Part shown: positions 23,280 through 37,379 of the stretch, one piece after another
How positions within the stretch are numbered: the first letter of the stretch is position 1
Layout of the letters: every line of letters begins with the position of its first letter
Origin: Marsupella aquatica
Taxonomy: Eukaryota; Plantae; Marchantiophyta
Direction: 5' to 3'
Assembly: GCA_973895155.1 (NCBI GenBank)
Contig: OZ316898.1
Coordinates: 6,063,079-6,127,078 of the forward strand
DNA: 64,000 nt
Program-made: the position numbers and the translations under genes
The notes under the pieces: generated by a model
What the model was told of the DNA's origin: nothing
Seen by the model: only the letters and a program-made list of their open reading frames with translations
Databases searched by the model: none

Positions 23280-26200
23280 TTGTTAATAATTCAATCTAAG
23301 CCGCGGAGCCCGTCTCCAAAATGTCCTGTAATTTGTGGTGATCTAAAGGACGAAATTGAAGAATAGAAGAATTAGAGACCAGGCCAGCTCAATGGATTTC
23401 TCTCGACAGACCATTCTGGTAAATGCTCCAGTATCTCAGGTTCAAGGCTAGCGATCGATGTGTAAACTGATTAGAATCGTTCTCCCTATACAATGCTCCT
23501 TTATCTCAATTGCTATGCTGGTTACAAACTCAATCATGTTCATCACAAGGCCATGCAGCAGAAATTGCTTCCACCGATTCCGTTCTCTACAATTTGACAG
23601 TAGAATGGAATTCTAGAATTGAGTTGGGCATCATTCCTGCAAAGTTCTTGCTTCCTCAGGGTAGAGAACAACAGTAGAGAGTCGAAATCATTTGTGAGGT
23701 GTTCTTTCTATGGATACTCCAAGTCGAACTCCCACAGTGTTAGGCACGTTTATGGACAGACGATGGACACAAAACCGGCTGGAAAGACAGAACCCCAAGG
23801 GTACAATCACATTACAGCTCAATTTCTGGACAGAATTGTGAAGTGTGATATCCGAGCACATTATAATATTTGTGCACGGTCCATGGGGATTGTGCCAGTC
23901 CATGGGAGAGTGCTGGACAACATGGCTGTCTACCGGAGCTTCTTCCAAAGAAAATGGGGAGCAAAAAAGGAAAATCCCTGAGCAAAGTGAGTGCTCTAGC
24001 ACACATTAGTGCCGTCAGTCTGTCCATCTATCCCTCGAGTCTGTGTGCCAGGGGAAACAAAGAGTAGAATCTTCAGGTAACAGGAAACGAGCCAAGTGAA
24101 ATGTCCCCTACCGAAGCTTAGGGTGACAAAGAAAGGGCCAGATGATAGGGGAGATGTCCAAGGGACAATGAAAAGGGCCAAGAAAGCCAAAAGTACAAAT
24201 AATGAAAACAAATTACAGGCATCATAAATAATAGACCAGGGCACACTTTTCACCAAGCCTGCCCCCACTAACATGAAAATGAGAAATGAGGAGTAGATGT
24301 GAACAATCAGGTTATGAAACTTGACAGAACCGTCCGATTTTCCGCTTGATTCAGGGGAGGACCATGAGTGTGCCTCAGCAAACGAGGGCTACACCAAGAG
24401 TGTTACCAAGACCAATTGCAATGAACAGTGCAATTGTTGTCACTACACTGAAATATCCTCCGCTGGGCACAAGTTTCATGGAGAGAACGTGCCAAATTTG
24501 CCCGAGAAAGTATTTAAATATGAAAAGTTCGCTTGCAGACATTTGGATTGGAAGGGGAGGGAGGGAGGAGTGTGGGTCGGCCAGGATTCCAGGACCGGAC
24601 GTCTATGGACGTAATCAAATCTACTGTAGCGCGCAACGATCGGGCCGGCTGAGATGAAGAGGAAGAGAAAGAAAGGAAGATGCCAGATGCGAGAGCCAAA
24701 TTGGACGCTATTCTAAAGGGAAACGGGACTCAGTTAGAGCTTTGGAGAGGTTTATAAATAAATATGATGTCTCTGCCTCTGAGTCTGCAACGTCTTATTA
24801 GATCCGATGGAGCTCAAGCCAACTTAGCCGGTCTACTGTAGTTGATCGGAGAAGTACACTCCTCGGCCTTGAAAACTACGACGATGCTCTCATTTAGGTG
24901 CATGCCAACTGGAGAGTTTTACTTGTGCCTTGACATCTTTGACAATGCTATCATTGGAGCTGTGCTTGCGCCTGCCAATCGATGATTTTTGTTACCAATT
25001 ATAGTAGTTCCCTCGGCATGGAAGTACTTCGTTATGAACCTGCTACTTGGTCGCTCTGCTATTGAATTCAGTCTGTTTCTCTGTTGTTGATGTCGTTGAA
25101 TGACTCCGTTCCAATGCATGTCGAGTCTCGGTACAAGTACACGCACTGCGCCTGCTATCGTGTGCATGTTGCTTCTTTGCTGTTGTTCGGTGATTCTGTC
25201 CCAATCAAGCTCGTGCCTTGCCAAAAGTAGTTCCACTGGGCCTCCTACGGGATTGATTCGCTTCGCTTTCTATCGTTTGGTGATATGAATCCGATGCATT
25301 TTTCCTTTTCGGCTCCATAGGCTCTCTAACCGGTTATATCCGTTAGGAATACGAAATATTATCACTTTCATCCCGACACTGAGGCACTAATGAGATTGGA
25401 ATAGCTTTTTTGGTAACAAGAATTGAGGACTTTTTCGGTGAGAGAGATGATTCGATTGATAAATTAGGAAAGCCTACTTGCCGACATATCTGAAACTGGT
25501 TCGGACTCTTAGCGAGTCATATGGCTCCAGCCGGATTTGGGACTGATCTATTGGCTTTGGAGGCTGAAGTGGTATGAATTTGATTTGGACTTCAGGTCTC
25601 AAGCTTATGAACGGACGAGCTAATCGATGCTATCGGAGAGTGTAGCAGATTGTGCAGACCCTTGAAGGTGAAGATTCCTTCTGGAACAATGGAAATCTTT
25701 GGCAGGCGAAGGTCGAGTTGAAACGATCCGACGACAATACAAAGAAGAAGTTCTCCAAATTTATGCGAGTTGTCGAGTCTTCAAAGGGAACTGCTGTAGA
25801 AAGGAAATACATGACGCAGGAATTGCGTGCTCAGGTTGAGTTTCCAAGGGAACTGTCTGCTGTTACAAGGAAATACGTGATGCAGGAATGCGTGCTCATC
25901 ATAGAGCTCACTCGGCTGAGTGTGGGGGTGGTATGTAATAATTATCCCTGCACTCTCGGATGAGATCGGAGTGACCTCTCCGAGACAGTGGGTGCATTGA
26001 TGCTGTGGCAGTCATTTGCCAGCTTGTCACGCGCAGTAAATGTACTCAACTGAGGTTTTTCTCTTTGGAAGACTCGATGTCAGTTCCGACCTCTACGTGA
26101 TGCAAGGTGAGGGGGGCCTTTTTCGATTGCAAGTAGATCCGCTTAACTAGAGCCTTAGAGCCTTTTGATTCATCTGGTGGAATGGATGCTGCAGATCCTC

Positions 26201-26700
26201 ACAGACAACAAGAGGTAGCATTTGAATTCGAAAAGTGCGAAATTCATCCATTTATTTCTGTACTCTCTGGGAATTTCACTGTGTTACACTGTCGAGAATT
26301 CAATCTTCCTTCACTCTGGCATTGCGAAGCGTAGTACATGCAAAGTATCTCAAGACGAGAATTTAATCTGTGGAAGTAGCTTCTAAGCCAGCTTTAAGCT
26401 TCACAAGCCTTTCGAAAGTTCATCTGTCTTATGCATGTCTTTCGATAACGTGTTTAAATCTACATCTAAACAGCATGTGCAATCTCCCCTTTCTCAATAA
26501 AATGGCCAGCCAGCCAGCCATCTAAGACCTGTTATGATGAGGGAGATTTCTATGAGGATTCTCACGAAAATTTCCCTGGCCGTCTGCTTTGCTTGTTGCA
26601 GGAAAGTCGAGCAACTCGTTTACTTAGTCACGACATCAACAAACTCGGGGCAGGCTAGTGATAAGAATGCGAGACGTTGGACCTCGTGTTGGTAGGTCTA
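23280..26700. pseudogene. Several disrupted amphipathic-helical ORF fragments on both strands, possibly RPW8/CC-like relics
   Basis: Frameshifted or stop-containing frames. - strand ~23560-23280: IAIEIKEHC..ASLEPEILEHL..LQDILETG. + strand ~25440-25850: TDELIDAIGEC/QIVQTLEGEDSFWNNGNLWQAKVELKRSDDNTKKKFSKF. Further - strand fragments at 24919-25236 and ~26300-26650. Confidence 0.3.
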
Positions 26701-29399
26701 GAGGCATCTGGTGTACCCACTCTTTGCAAAAAAGGTAATCTCATACGCACAGATGTGAAAGTACACCAATTAAGCCTATCGTGCTGTCACAACGGGCTTG
26801 ACCTTAAAAACGTATCATCCTTTCGGTGATTCATCCAAAGAGTCATTCTCAACTTTTGACCTTGCATAGAGCCTAGTTGTTAGAGCGCAACTTGAACTCT
26901 GGCTTGGCTGCTACGACATACACATTGGCAAACCCACTTCTCGCTGAAAATTCGCCTCTCAAGAAGGTAAGAAATTGATCTCTTCGCTGCTGGGTTCGAA
27001 AACCTTTGCTAGGGAACTCCTGTTTTGTGCTTCAGCAGATTGCATGCCTCGTTCAGGTAATTGCACAAGGTTGAGCAATTCTTTGAGCGGTAGGCATAAT
27101 CTCTTATGAATGTCCCGTGTTGGTCAAATAGAAGTCTTAGAACAGATCCAGACAGGGGCAATGAGATTAGTATTACAAACGTTTCATCAAAAAACACATA
27201 CAGCAGTTGATATTTTTTACACTCTGCCACCTTAATTGCTTCTGTTTTGCTTGCGCTGAGAATTGCTTTGCTTTCTTCCCCCAGGGCAATTCTTTACAAA
27301 TGTACTTTTTACAGGCAGCAAAGTAATAGAGTTCATTGTCTGGGTGCGCCTAATCTATTACTTGCCACACGACTTGCTGTTACTGTCATTTCCCCAAGAG
27401 CTACTTCCATCCAAATTTGTTTATTTATGAAAAGGAAATTGCAAAGAACAGCGATATTTCTCATGGAGAGTTTGATTTTTAGATTTAGAATTCAGTTCTC
27501 CAATATGTTTTAAAATCCACCTCCTAGGATTTAATTCTGGCGTTTAATCTCCTCTGATTTTTGTTACTGTGTCCAATTGTGTCCAACTTGCCGGGGTAGT
27601 TATCGTCTTTGAGAAAGTGGTTCCTCGTTATTGGATGTCTTACAATGTCCTTGGTCCCTAAGTAATATTTACACCCTCCAATCTTCTCAATAATTAGCCG
27701 GTGGATGTGTCTTACCATCTACAGAATAAAGTTGTTACATGCCGTCAAATTCCTGTGGCACATTAGCTGGAGGGTAGAACCCAACAGTTGTTTATTTCCA
27801 TATAATAATTTAGTATTGGCTTTAGTGTTTTTTAATCTATTATAGTGAGAATTTAATATCACTTCAATACAGAACAAAAGTTAGATATGCTATTTGAAAT
27901 AAACAAGAATTATTTTTGCTTGGACTTCCCAAGAGCATGAGAAAGTTATGGGTTTTTTATTTACATCTATATACTAATATCTACTTTAGTGTTCTTGTGT
28001 CAAGTTTAATATAATGAAAAATCAATATCAATCAAACATAAAAATCAGGTTTGGCATTAGTTATAGTATTGGTTGTGTAAACAAGAAACTTTTGAGTTAT
28101 GTTCCTAGGAGTATTTACTGTTTGGAGCAAACTAGACACAATGAACTTCAAGACTTGTTCTTCCTCCTATGTGTCAATGAAGTGAATATTGGAATCGAGA
28201 CACCATGCTTAGATTTGTAAGTTTGGTTTGTTTATCTTGAGAAAAACTCAAAAATGTGATGTAAAACAAAGCCACTATGAAGGTTTAAAGCCTTGTTCTT
28301 AATTTTATAACTTAAGATTAAAATAGATGTTATAAAGGACATAGCATTTTTTTCCCAAAGGCTCACTTGTAAGAGTCAGAGCATTTGCAATTTTTAAAGT
28401 TTTAATTCTTGCAAATTATCTTAAGAATGAATTAAATGAATATTCTTAAGTACACAACATATACATTCAATCATAGAGCCAACAAATATACCATCAATTT
28501 CTTTGTATACAAGCAAATTGTTTTTGAAAAATATGGAGCATAGAGTTTGGTTTAAACATTTTTTCCTATAGTTCACATGTGGCACGACGGCTTATGCAAC
28601 CATTCTACCATTATTCACATTCTTTACTCAAAATTCATTTTGTACGCATGCACAAAAATTTACAGTTTAAAGCTAACCGAAAAAGAATTTATAGTTTTTT
28701 AATAATGATGTATTTGGAATGTGCTTTGCTCTTCTTTTTAATACTACAATGTGATCACTAAGTCTCATGGATGGTGCAACTAGCCAACTTTCTAGTCGCT
28801 CAAGGTACAATACAATTTGAATTTGTCCGTTCGTTATGCTTTCAGCAATTCAGAGTGTTGTAGCCAAGATGCTAACATCATTTAAGAGCCCTTTAAGAGT
28901 TATTTGTGACGTTGTTTGATTTCTTGTCATTATGTACAACTTTGCTGAAGAAACATTGGCAATATTATCATGTATTTTGTCAAGATTCTATCCTTTTGTT
29001 TTGTAAAAGTATATCTCCTATAGCTTGCAACCCTTCAACTTGTAGCTATGTGTTCAATTCATAGGTTTAAATCACACGATTTCTTTTTGTTTGTTATTTA
29101 ATATGCCTTAATTCTTGCAACCCTAAATTTGGAATCATGTGTTTGTAGATGTCAAGCACATTCCAAAGACTCTTCTTTCGCAATTTTGTTCTTTCAATAA
29201 AGAAGATCATTCCATTTTTTCTCCAACCCTCAAGGATCCAAAAGCAATTTTCTTCAAAAGGTATAATTGAGATTTTCAAACACTGGTTTTTTATTCATGT
29301 AATTGATTTCATACTCTCAATAAAAACACCAGTACCCTCACCTAGATAAAGCCAAGATCCAATTCTTACTTTGAGATTTTGAAGTTGATAACATATTTT

Positions 29400-30720
29400 T
29401 TCACACACTTAATCTTTTATAAAAATAAATAACAATTTTAGAATATAAATATATAATCATGAGAAAAATATCATTAATCAAATTCATATATTCAAATATT
29501 TTAAAATTATTATTTTTAATTAATTTAAAAATGTATATAATTGAATAAATTTTGAATTTTATTAATGATTTTCATTTATTCATAAATTGTATGTCATAAA
29601 TTATCAATACATGCATATTTATCATTATTATGAATAATTATATATTATATTTTAATTTCAATATTTTACACATATTCTGATATTAAATATTTATTTTTTA
29701 TTCAAATAATATTTTTATTATTTATTATTTATTTTTATTATTTTAAATAATTTATTTTAATTAATGATATTATATTTTCAAATATATTTTTAAAATTATT
29801 TAAATATAAAAAATTCATGTATATTTTATTTATTTATTTTAATTATTTAATATATTTATTTTTATATATAAATTTTATTTATAAAACTGTATATCAAATA
29901 TAATGTAATTTTAAAAATATATATTTTTTAATCTTTTCGTTGACAAATCTATAAGATTCTTTATAAGTGGTCCCACTATGTATTTATGCATCTTTTGAGG
30001 AGTGATTGACGGATCCAATGCATGCAAAAGAGTAGGTAAGAAGATTCCCTTGTTTGTTGTTCCACTACTTTTTGATTTCCTTGTTTGTTGTTCCACTACT
30101 TTTTGTTTGGTGTAATAACTTTTGCTCCAATAATTTTATAACAATATTAAAATAAATACTTAAAAACTATTTTTAATAATTTAAATTTATAATAATAATA
30201 ATTTTGAGGTACATAGAGACCATAAATTTTTATTATAATTTTATTATATAATTCAAATATAATTTAATTAAAATATTTTTATTTTAATATTAATATGAAG
30301 ATACATATTTGATTCGTTATATTCAAAAATTTAGTTAATATTTTTATTTTTTCTCTTCAAATAGAAATAAAATTCAATTCGATATTTTATAAATAATAAT
30401 TAAAATCAATAACAATATATTTAAAAAAATTTAAATATAAATAATTAAATAAATTTTAATTATATTTTTTATTTAATATTAATTTATATTATATTATATA
30501 TATTAAATAATTTATATTTTAATTAAATATATTAAAAATAAATTTTAATTTTAATAATTTTTATTAAATATATACTAAATAAAATTATACTTTATTATTT
30601 ATATAGAATATAAAAATATTAAATATATTTTATACTTATGCTAACAATGTATATAAATTAATTTTTATTTCTCAAAATTATAATTTTTCATAAATAATTT
30701 ATGTTGTTATTAAAATCTCT
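29400..30720. repeat. Extremely AT-rich low-complexity block with a central mixed-composition island (~29935-30130)
   Basis: Long runs of almost only A and T on both sides of a ~200 bp island that contains a TTGTTCCACTACTTTT duplication. Confidence 0.85.
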
Positions 30721-31429
30721 TCAATCTTATTATCTTGCTTGTGTCATTGCATTGGACAATGGTCATTATCATAACCTGTGGGTATTTGTTTTGTCCTTGT
30801 GAAGTGATTTTGGTATAATTCTTTGTCATTGAAGAAATTATCATTGTGGACTGTTTGTCTTTTGGAAAGATGTCTCCATCATGTACAGGTTAGTGTTGCA
30901 CAAAGTTCAAAGTGTCAAATGGTGTGGATGGTTGGAAGATGAAAGCAAGGGTTGTTTCATGATTATGCACTCAACTTAGAAGTTGTCAATTAACCCCCTT
31001 CTTCTCCCCTCCCCTCTATTTGTTGTTCTTTTTCTTTAAGTTCACAACCTTTTTGTTTTACATTTTCCTTCCTCTTTCCCTGCTCTCCCTCCCGGCCATT
31101 CAGACATTTCCCTCTTGAGAAAAGAAAACAAGAAATCAGGGGCAAGATGCTATAACATGAACTACGCAGGTCAACACAAAATAATATGGGCAAAAAAGTG
31201 TTGGTAGTCAACGTTGGAAAGGTAATAATCCTGGTGAGATGGCAAAAACATTGTTTGGGAGCAAGAAAATACATTATGCAAACTGAAGTATATTTCTGGA
31301 AAATGGCAAAGAAAGTAAAATAAGAAACTGAGATGAGTAAAATTGGAATGGGGCTCACATAGAAGAATGCTAAAATACAACTTTTTACATTTATTACTGA
31401 AATTTGACCTGTAAGGGTTATCACCGTAA

Positions 31430-31751
31430 GCACTAACCTATCAGGCCCCCAAACCAATATTGCTAACGTGTCCCCCAAACAAAATTAATTATAATCAACC
31501 TGTCGGATTGGGTTAATTTTCACTTGTATACATGTTCCAAATGCCATGTGGCAAGTTGCTACTGGACAGTCTGAGCCTATCAGGGCCCCCTTGGCCCTCC
31601 TTTCTTGGCCCCACATGGCTACAAGAACCCGTATACTAGTAAATATTAACCTGAATACCAAATGAGGGATGGGTTGATAATTAATTTTATTTGGGGGGGG
31701 GGGGATTGTTAGGAATATTGGGTAGTTTGGGGGACAGGTTAGTAAAAAGTC
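31430..31751. mobile_element. Degenerate relative of the 18669-19321 long-TIR element
   Basis: The right end GGTAGTTTGGGGGACAGGTTAGTAAAAAGTC matches the 19290-19321 terminus. The left arm CCCCCAAACAAAATTAATT is inverted to AATTAATTTTATTTGGGGG. Confidence 0.65.
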
Positions 31752-32194
31752 ATTTCCAAAATAATGCAGTGTCTGTTGGTGGTTTGTTGGTAATATTTGA
31801 TCATTTTTGCACTTATCGTCAATAGAGCAAATGATCTCAAAATGTTTGTGAGGTATACATCTTCATTTGCAAGGTATGCTGGAGACATCTGACCTCAAAT
31901 AGAAATCTTAGAAAAAAGCCCAAATAAATTCACGAGTCTGCCAAAAACTAACATCTTACACTTGGTCGAGGTGTTTGGAAAAAGTACTCAGGCCTTATCA
32001 AAAGTGATGCAATCATAAAGCAGCCTGTCAGTGTGAATAAAGGGTGTAATGTGAGACAACATGTTAGCCAGTCCATGAGGATGGGCAAAGCAAAAAACCC
32101 ATTTGTCCATCCAGGCTTACCATTTGATATTGTCAGTTTTATTTACCTGATTTTACAACTTATAACTCTCTACCAGTAGATGGTACCAAAGCAC

Positions 32195-32353
32195 GAGGGA
32201 TTTGCTTGATCAGACCCCAAAATGAAATGTGTTACTTGGTAGGACCCCTTTGTGATCCAGGCCATCGATTCACCTTGAATCAGTGCACCCAAAACTTTAG
32301 GGGTCATATCAAATAACATAATTAGTTTTGGGGTCTGATCAAGCAAATCCTTC
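32195..32353. mobile_element. Small MITE (~160 bp)
   Basis: TIRs GAGGGATTTGCTTGATCAGACCCCAAAA and TTTTGGGGTCTGATCAAGCAAATCCTTC. A related copy lies at ~63010-63172. Confidence 0.75.
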
Positions 32354-33494
32354 ACCAATGCACCTATACAATGCACCTCTTAAAAAGCTAATATAGGAAG
32401 AAGTTCCCAGCAGGCACCCCAGTTCAATCAACCAAATAGCAAAAACATCCTTGAAAGATGGAATGGCTGACTTATGTTCACGCCATCCAAATTTGTAAAG
32501 AGATCAGAATGAGTAGTTTGTGTGGGTTTTATTATAGAATTAAATCAACACAGGAGGGTTTCTACAAACTCTAAATAAGAAACCATAAATAATACATTTC
32601 CATAACAAATCTTAGTGTTTAGATTGCTTAATCTATGTTGAAAAATGTTTAGAACACATTAAAAACTTAGAGTAAGTATAGATGTTAAAAATAAAATTTT
32701 AAATAATTATCTTTACAATTGGATAAGGTAAAACGAAAAGTAGTTGAAAGAAAAAATCAATTGGCAAAAACGCACAAAATGAAATCATTGTTTCGAGTGT
32801 ACTACAGTTGCTAAGGGAAGGGTGAGCCTAGGTTGGGTAACAGAAAGATACCCAACTGTCCGAAACCGTTGGTTTTTGTGAATTTTAGCCAAATTCCTTT
32901 TTGCTACCTTCCTATACAGTTTAGTTCGGAACTCTACTAGGTCAGTTTGTAGGGTTTTATTTCTTGGAGACTCTTGGGCTATTTGCCTCTTTAACCTTCC
33001 CATTTTTTTATAAATATTTTTCTCACTTTAGTGGATTTCATGCCTATGGGATCATCGTTCTCTTGCTATGGCCTCTTTCGTTCTTTACAATATTTTATAC
33101 ATTCAAGAGAAGCTATGAATACGAGAAAGTCAAAATAAGGTAGTGATGTCATCTGGGCAACCTTGTTTTATTTTACATGTCAAAGCCTCGTCACAGCTCC
33201 AAAAGGATCGGGAACCCTCCATTGGTCAGTTTGGAAGCTAGTAGATACAATTCTTTATGCAATACTTAGGCTCTCACGCACGCGTTACGTGATTTGCTGC
33301 CAACTCCAGTAGAGGAGAGATCCAGTTTCTATTTGGTCCAAAGTCATCATTGGAGGCAATCCAAAAAGAATATACACATATATACAGTAATATAACAAAT
33401 ATAAATAAATATAACAGCCTTCGTAAAGAGATACCAAGAAAGTTGAACACAAACAACATCGATCACCAAAAGTTTCACATTTGTTTGAACAAAT

Positions 33495-34025
33495 ATTCAG
33501 GAAAAGACTTGATGGGCCCCCCATTGAAAAGAAACCCTGGTGAGGCCCCTTCATTTTCAAAAGGACTAGCTGGGGCCAGAGTCCCTCCACCTCTTACAAA
33601 TTCCCTGCAACCTCGACCTCAACCTCTCTAGCCCCTACAGTGCTGTGCAAAATTCCAGTATACAACCCCACTTAAAGTTATTAGCCATTTTCCAGAAATC
33701 TGATGGTTCCCCTTAAATCTAGTGAGATCTAATAGTCATGAAATGCGTCTAAGAAAATGATAAGTAATATTTTTAGAATTTATTTGACACCACGTGCCAT
33801 TTGCCACTTAAGAGAAAAAAAACCTTAATAAATAGGCTACCAAGGAACACAAGGCTGCACGGTATCAGGCTGGTTGAATATAGAACACTTCAGGGGTTAG
33901 AGGGGCTATATAATAGGGAATGTGCATGGGCTGCAGGGACTGGGGCCCAGTTAATCCCTTTCAAAGGAAGAGGCCTGGTAGGGTTTTCTTTCCCTAGGGG
34001 GCCCCATCAAATCTTTTCCTCAATA
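33495..34025. mobile_element. Long-TIR MITE-like element (~530 bp)
   Basis: Left ATTCAGGAAAAGACTTGATGGGCCCCCC...GGGGCCAGAGTCCCT is inverted to right AGGGACTGGGGCCC...GGGGCCCCATCAAATCTTTTCCTCAAT. A related single arm lies at ~60660-60755. Confidence 0.7.
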
Positions 34026-37000
34026 AATATTACTACTATTGTATATGTCTCTTTCTGGTGGGATCCTACCAACATTTATTTGCTCACATTAGACACTGAA
34101 TGGGACCTTGAATTGAAAATGAGCAAAGCAGACACCATTGGGGTGGCCATTAGCTTTCAGCATTAAATACTCATGCAAACCCATGCCAAACTTGCAAACT
34201 TACCAGTAGAGAAACAAAAATAGGTGAGGATAGCATCTCAACTACTCGAAGACGTTCAAGCTGCTATATTGGGTTTCTATCAAGCAATGAGAAAGTAGTG
34301 AGGGAATTTATTATGCCTCTCCAATAATCTGCATACCACCTGGTCTAATATGGTTAAATTTTTGTGAGGCTGCTATATAATGGTGGGACACTTTTTGGCT
34401 ATCTTGTCTCATTAAAATTGCTTACAATGTACTTTTATGCTAATCTGGCCTAATCTAGGCCTTAGCCATGTAATATTTAGAATTTAATAATTTTTAGCAA
34501 CCCCTATAATTTTTTATTCATTTAGTTTTTATTAGATTCCCTATATTTTAGGGCATTTTTCCTTAGTTGCAGAGGAAATGTTAGACACTTCAACCAAGCA
34601 ACCAATGCAATGCAGCTTATATGCCATTGCTTATAAAGTTTACATCGGTTTTTTTATCAACATGTGTCACTTAAATAAAGAGCCCCACCAACAGCAGAAA
34701 ATTAAGAAAAAAACTAACTTAACGCACTGTTCTTGGAATCATAAACTAGGTACAGATACATTGACTAGAACCGTTTCCATTAAATTTTTAAAACTGTTTT
34801 TAAATACTGTTTTTAATCATTTTTTAATACTTGTTTTTCATAAACTAATCAAATTAACATGTCTCCTCACATTTCAATTCTTTGGAATAAGTCAAAATAG
34901 GTATCTATTAGGACTAACATACTATAATGGGGGTTCTTAAAACATAGAAACAACAATTATGTTCACAATGTACAAATCCATTAAAGCCATTATTTTGTCA
35001 TAAAACTGAGTCACAATCTTTTGTCAAAAAAACTGAGAGCTTTCAGAAATACTGATAATAGTGGTAGAGAATACTAGGGTCGTACGTGGGCAGGGAGATG
35101 TTGAGGGCACGGATGGCGAGGGGTATGTGCATGGTGGCCAAGAATAACCAACCTTATCTAAGATAATTTTATTCAATAATCAAACATGTCATTTGGGGGG
35201 AAAAAATCCTGTCATTTGGGGGGTTGCCTATATATAACTCTGTGAAAGAGCAAAAATGCCAAACCTTGAGAGAGGATTCCAGAGGCAGGAAAAAGACCCA
35301 ATGAAAGGGAGAAAACAAGGGAATGGCCTAGGAAAGTAACAAAGCATGAGGGTCTACAAGGCAAAAGATTTAAAGCCCTGCTAAGCAACAAAGTAGAAAG
35401 GGCTCGAGAGTGTACCACATAAAATGCTCACAAAGAAGAATTTTACAAGAGGTCCTAAAACAGATTACCCCTGTCTTAGGAAGAACAGTGAATGACCCAG
35501 TCCTCTTTAATGCAATGAACATCACCTACAGAAAGAAACCAGTGAATACCAAAATTGGGAATATGGCCTCCACTCTACACAAGAAACAGCATGAGCTCAA
35601 AGGGAATGGTTGAAGATAGGAAAAGCTGGGTTACATTGTCATTTTTTTCTGTTTCATTTTTGCAATTGTCACTAAGTTCTGTCAGGTACAAAACGAGATA
35701 TCCTATTGTCATTGTTTTTGTAAATAATTGGACATAAGTTGTTCTCAATTAAACAATCCATAACTTTAGGATGATGAAAACAACCTTTATGGGAGCATGA
35801 GCACTTTGCAATGTAATCATGCATTTTTGAAACCATATTTATATTTCAGATGTAAGATACAAGGGGGTTGAAACCAAAATGATCTATCTAATTAAAAAAA
35901 ATGGAGATAATCATTTCAGAAGTAAACCACAGTAGTCATACTTACTGCTCAAGCCTTAGAATAAAGAAAAATGGGAAACCATTTGTTTTTCTTTTTAAAA
36001 TTAGCTCTAATCAATGGAGATGATATACTAATTATATATCCAATTTAAAAAACATTTGGCAGATGAAGTGCTCAAGGAAGAATCGAAGTTATAAACATCA
36101 CGCAATTTGTAGCCTTTTGACGTTTGTAAAACTCTACTGTACTGTGGAGAAATTCAGGAACTATTAAAGAAATGGATATATCAGACAATCAAAATTGCTA
36201 TTATATTCATCATTAAACTGACTTTCAAAAGAGAAATTGTTTCAAAATCCAATTTGATGATTGAACTGAAAATTAGTTTTCCTAGGAAGTTGGTTCTACA
36301 ATAGTTTAGCAGTATGAGTAGGTGATATTTAAAAAAATTTCTCACCTTTTCAGGTTTCGGGATTAGCAATGGTGTATTCTTTTGAGTTTAGTGCTAGTCT
36401 CTCTGGACCTCTTTTGTTTCTATTCGATTGTAATTCGTTTTCCCATTTTTTCTAATTGGTCTTATTTCCCAATGTACTTTATTTGACACTTTATAGTGAG
36501 TGGTCCTTTTCCTCGTTTCAGGAGTTACTATAAAGCCTGTTCTAAAAAGTTCTCTTATCCTAGGGCTTGCAGTATAATAAGCTGTCCGGTCCGAGGACCG
36601 ACGACCGTGATGACACGACTGCCAATTTCGCAAGGCGTGACGGTAGTGTACATATTATTATATCCCGGGAGGCCGTATAATTTAGAGTACGTCCGCATAA
36701 TAAGGGGACGAAATCTACGGTACTCTTCTTCATGACTGTAAAGCAGCACGCTTACCGAACTAACAAATAATAATAATAGTCATATAATAATACTAACAAA
36801 ATATTTAATATTTAATAATAACATAATATAATAATTACCTCGGAACTGCGACGACGACTGTACTGGGTAAGTGCAGTGCAGTGCAGTGCTAGACTACAGT
36901 CCTATGCTAAAGGACAGTAAGGAGGCATTTATTAGCCTTCGGGTTTTAGGCTGGTGGTGGTTTTTCCGTTGCTTCGTGTGTTTCTAACGAACGTCGAGAG

Positions 37001-37379
37001 GAGAGGCTGTGAAGTGCGAAGGCTTGAACTGAACTGCTTCCTCGTCGACAATGGAATCCCCGATTTCGGTTCGGACCATGGAAACCACGGCGTCGTCGAC
37101 GACTATGGAAACCGGAAGAAGACGAGCACAGGTGCGATGGAGGCGTCTGATTCGGGGAGGGCGCTGACGCTCGTGCGCTGCAGCTGCTGCTGCTGCTTTG
37201 AGCGGGAACGAATTGTGTATGATTGTACAGATCCGGGCCTCGTCGGGCTAGAACATAGAACCTGCTGGTTGGAGGGAGGCGCGTCTGTTCTTGACAGGCA
37301 CACTACTACTAGAGCGGAGAGTGGAGACGGTCCGCTGCTTTGTCGTCCTGATCTTTGTCGGTAAATGTTGTCGATCTCT

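Noticed and set aside
30990-31478. 162-aa hydrophobic - strand ORF as a membrane protein
   Set aside because: It has a non-ATG start inside a MITE arm, and its hydrophobicity derives from T-rich low-complexity DNA.
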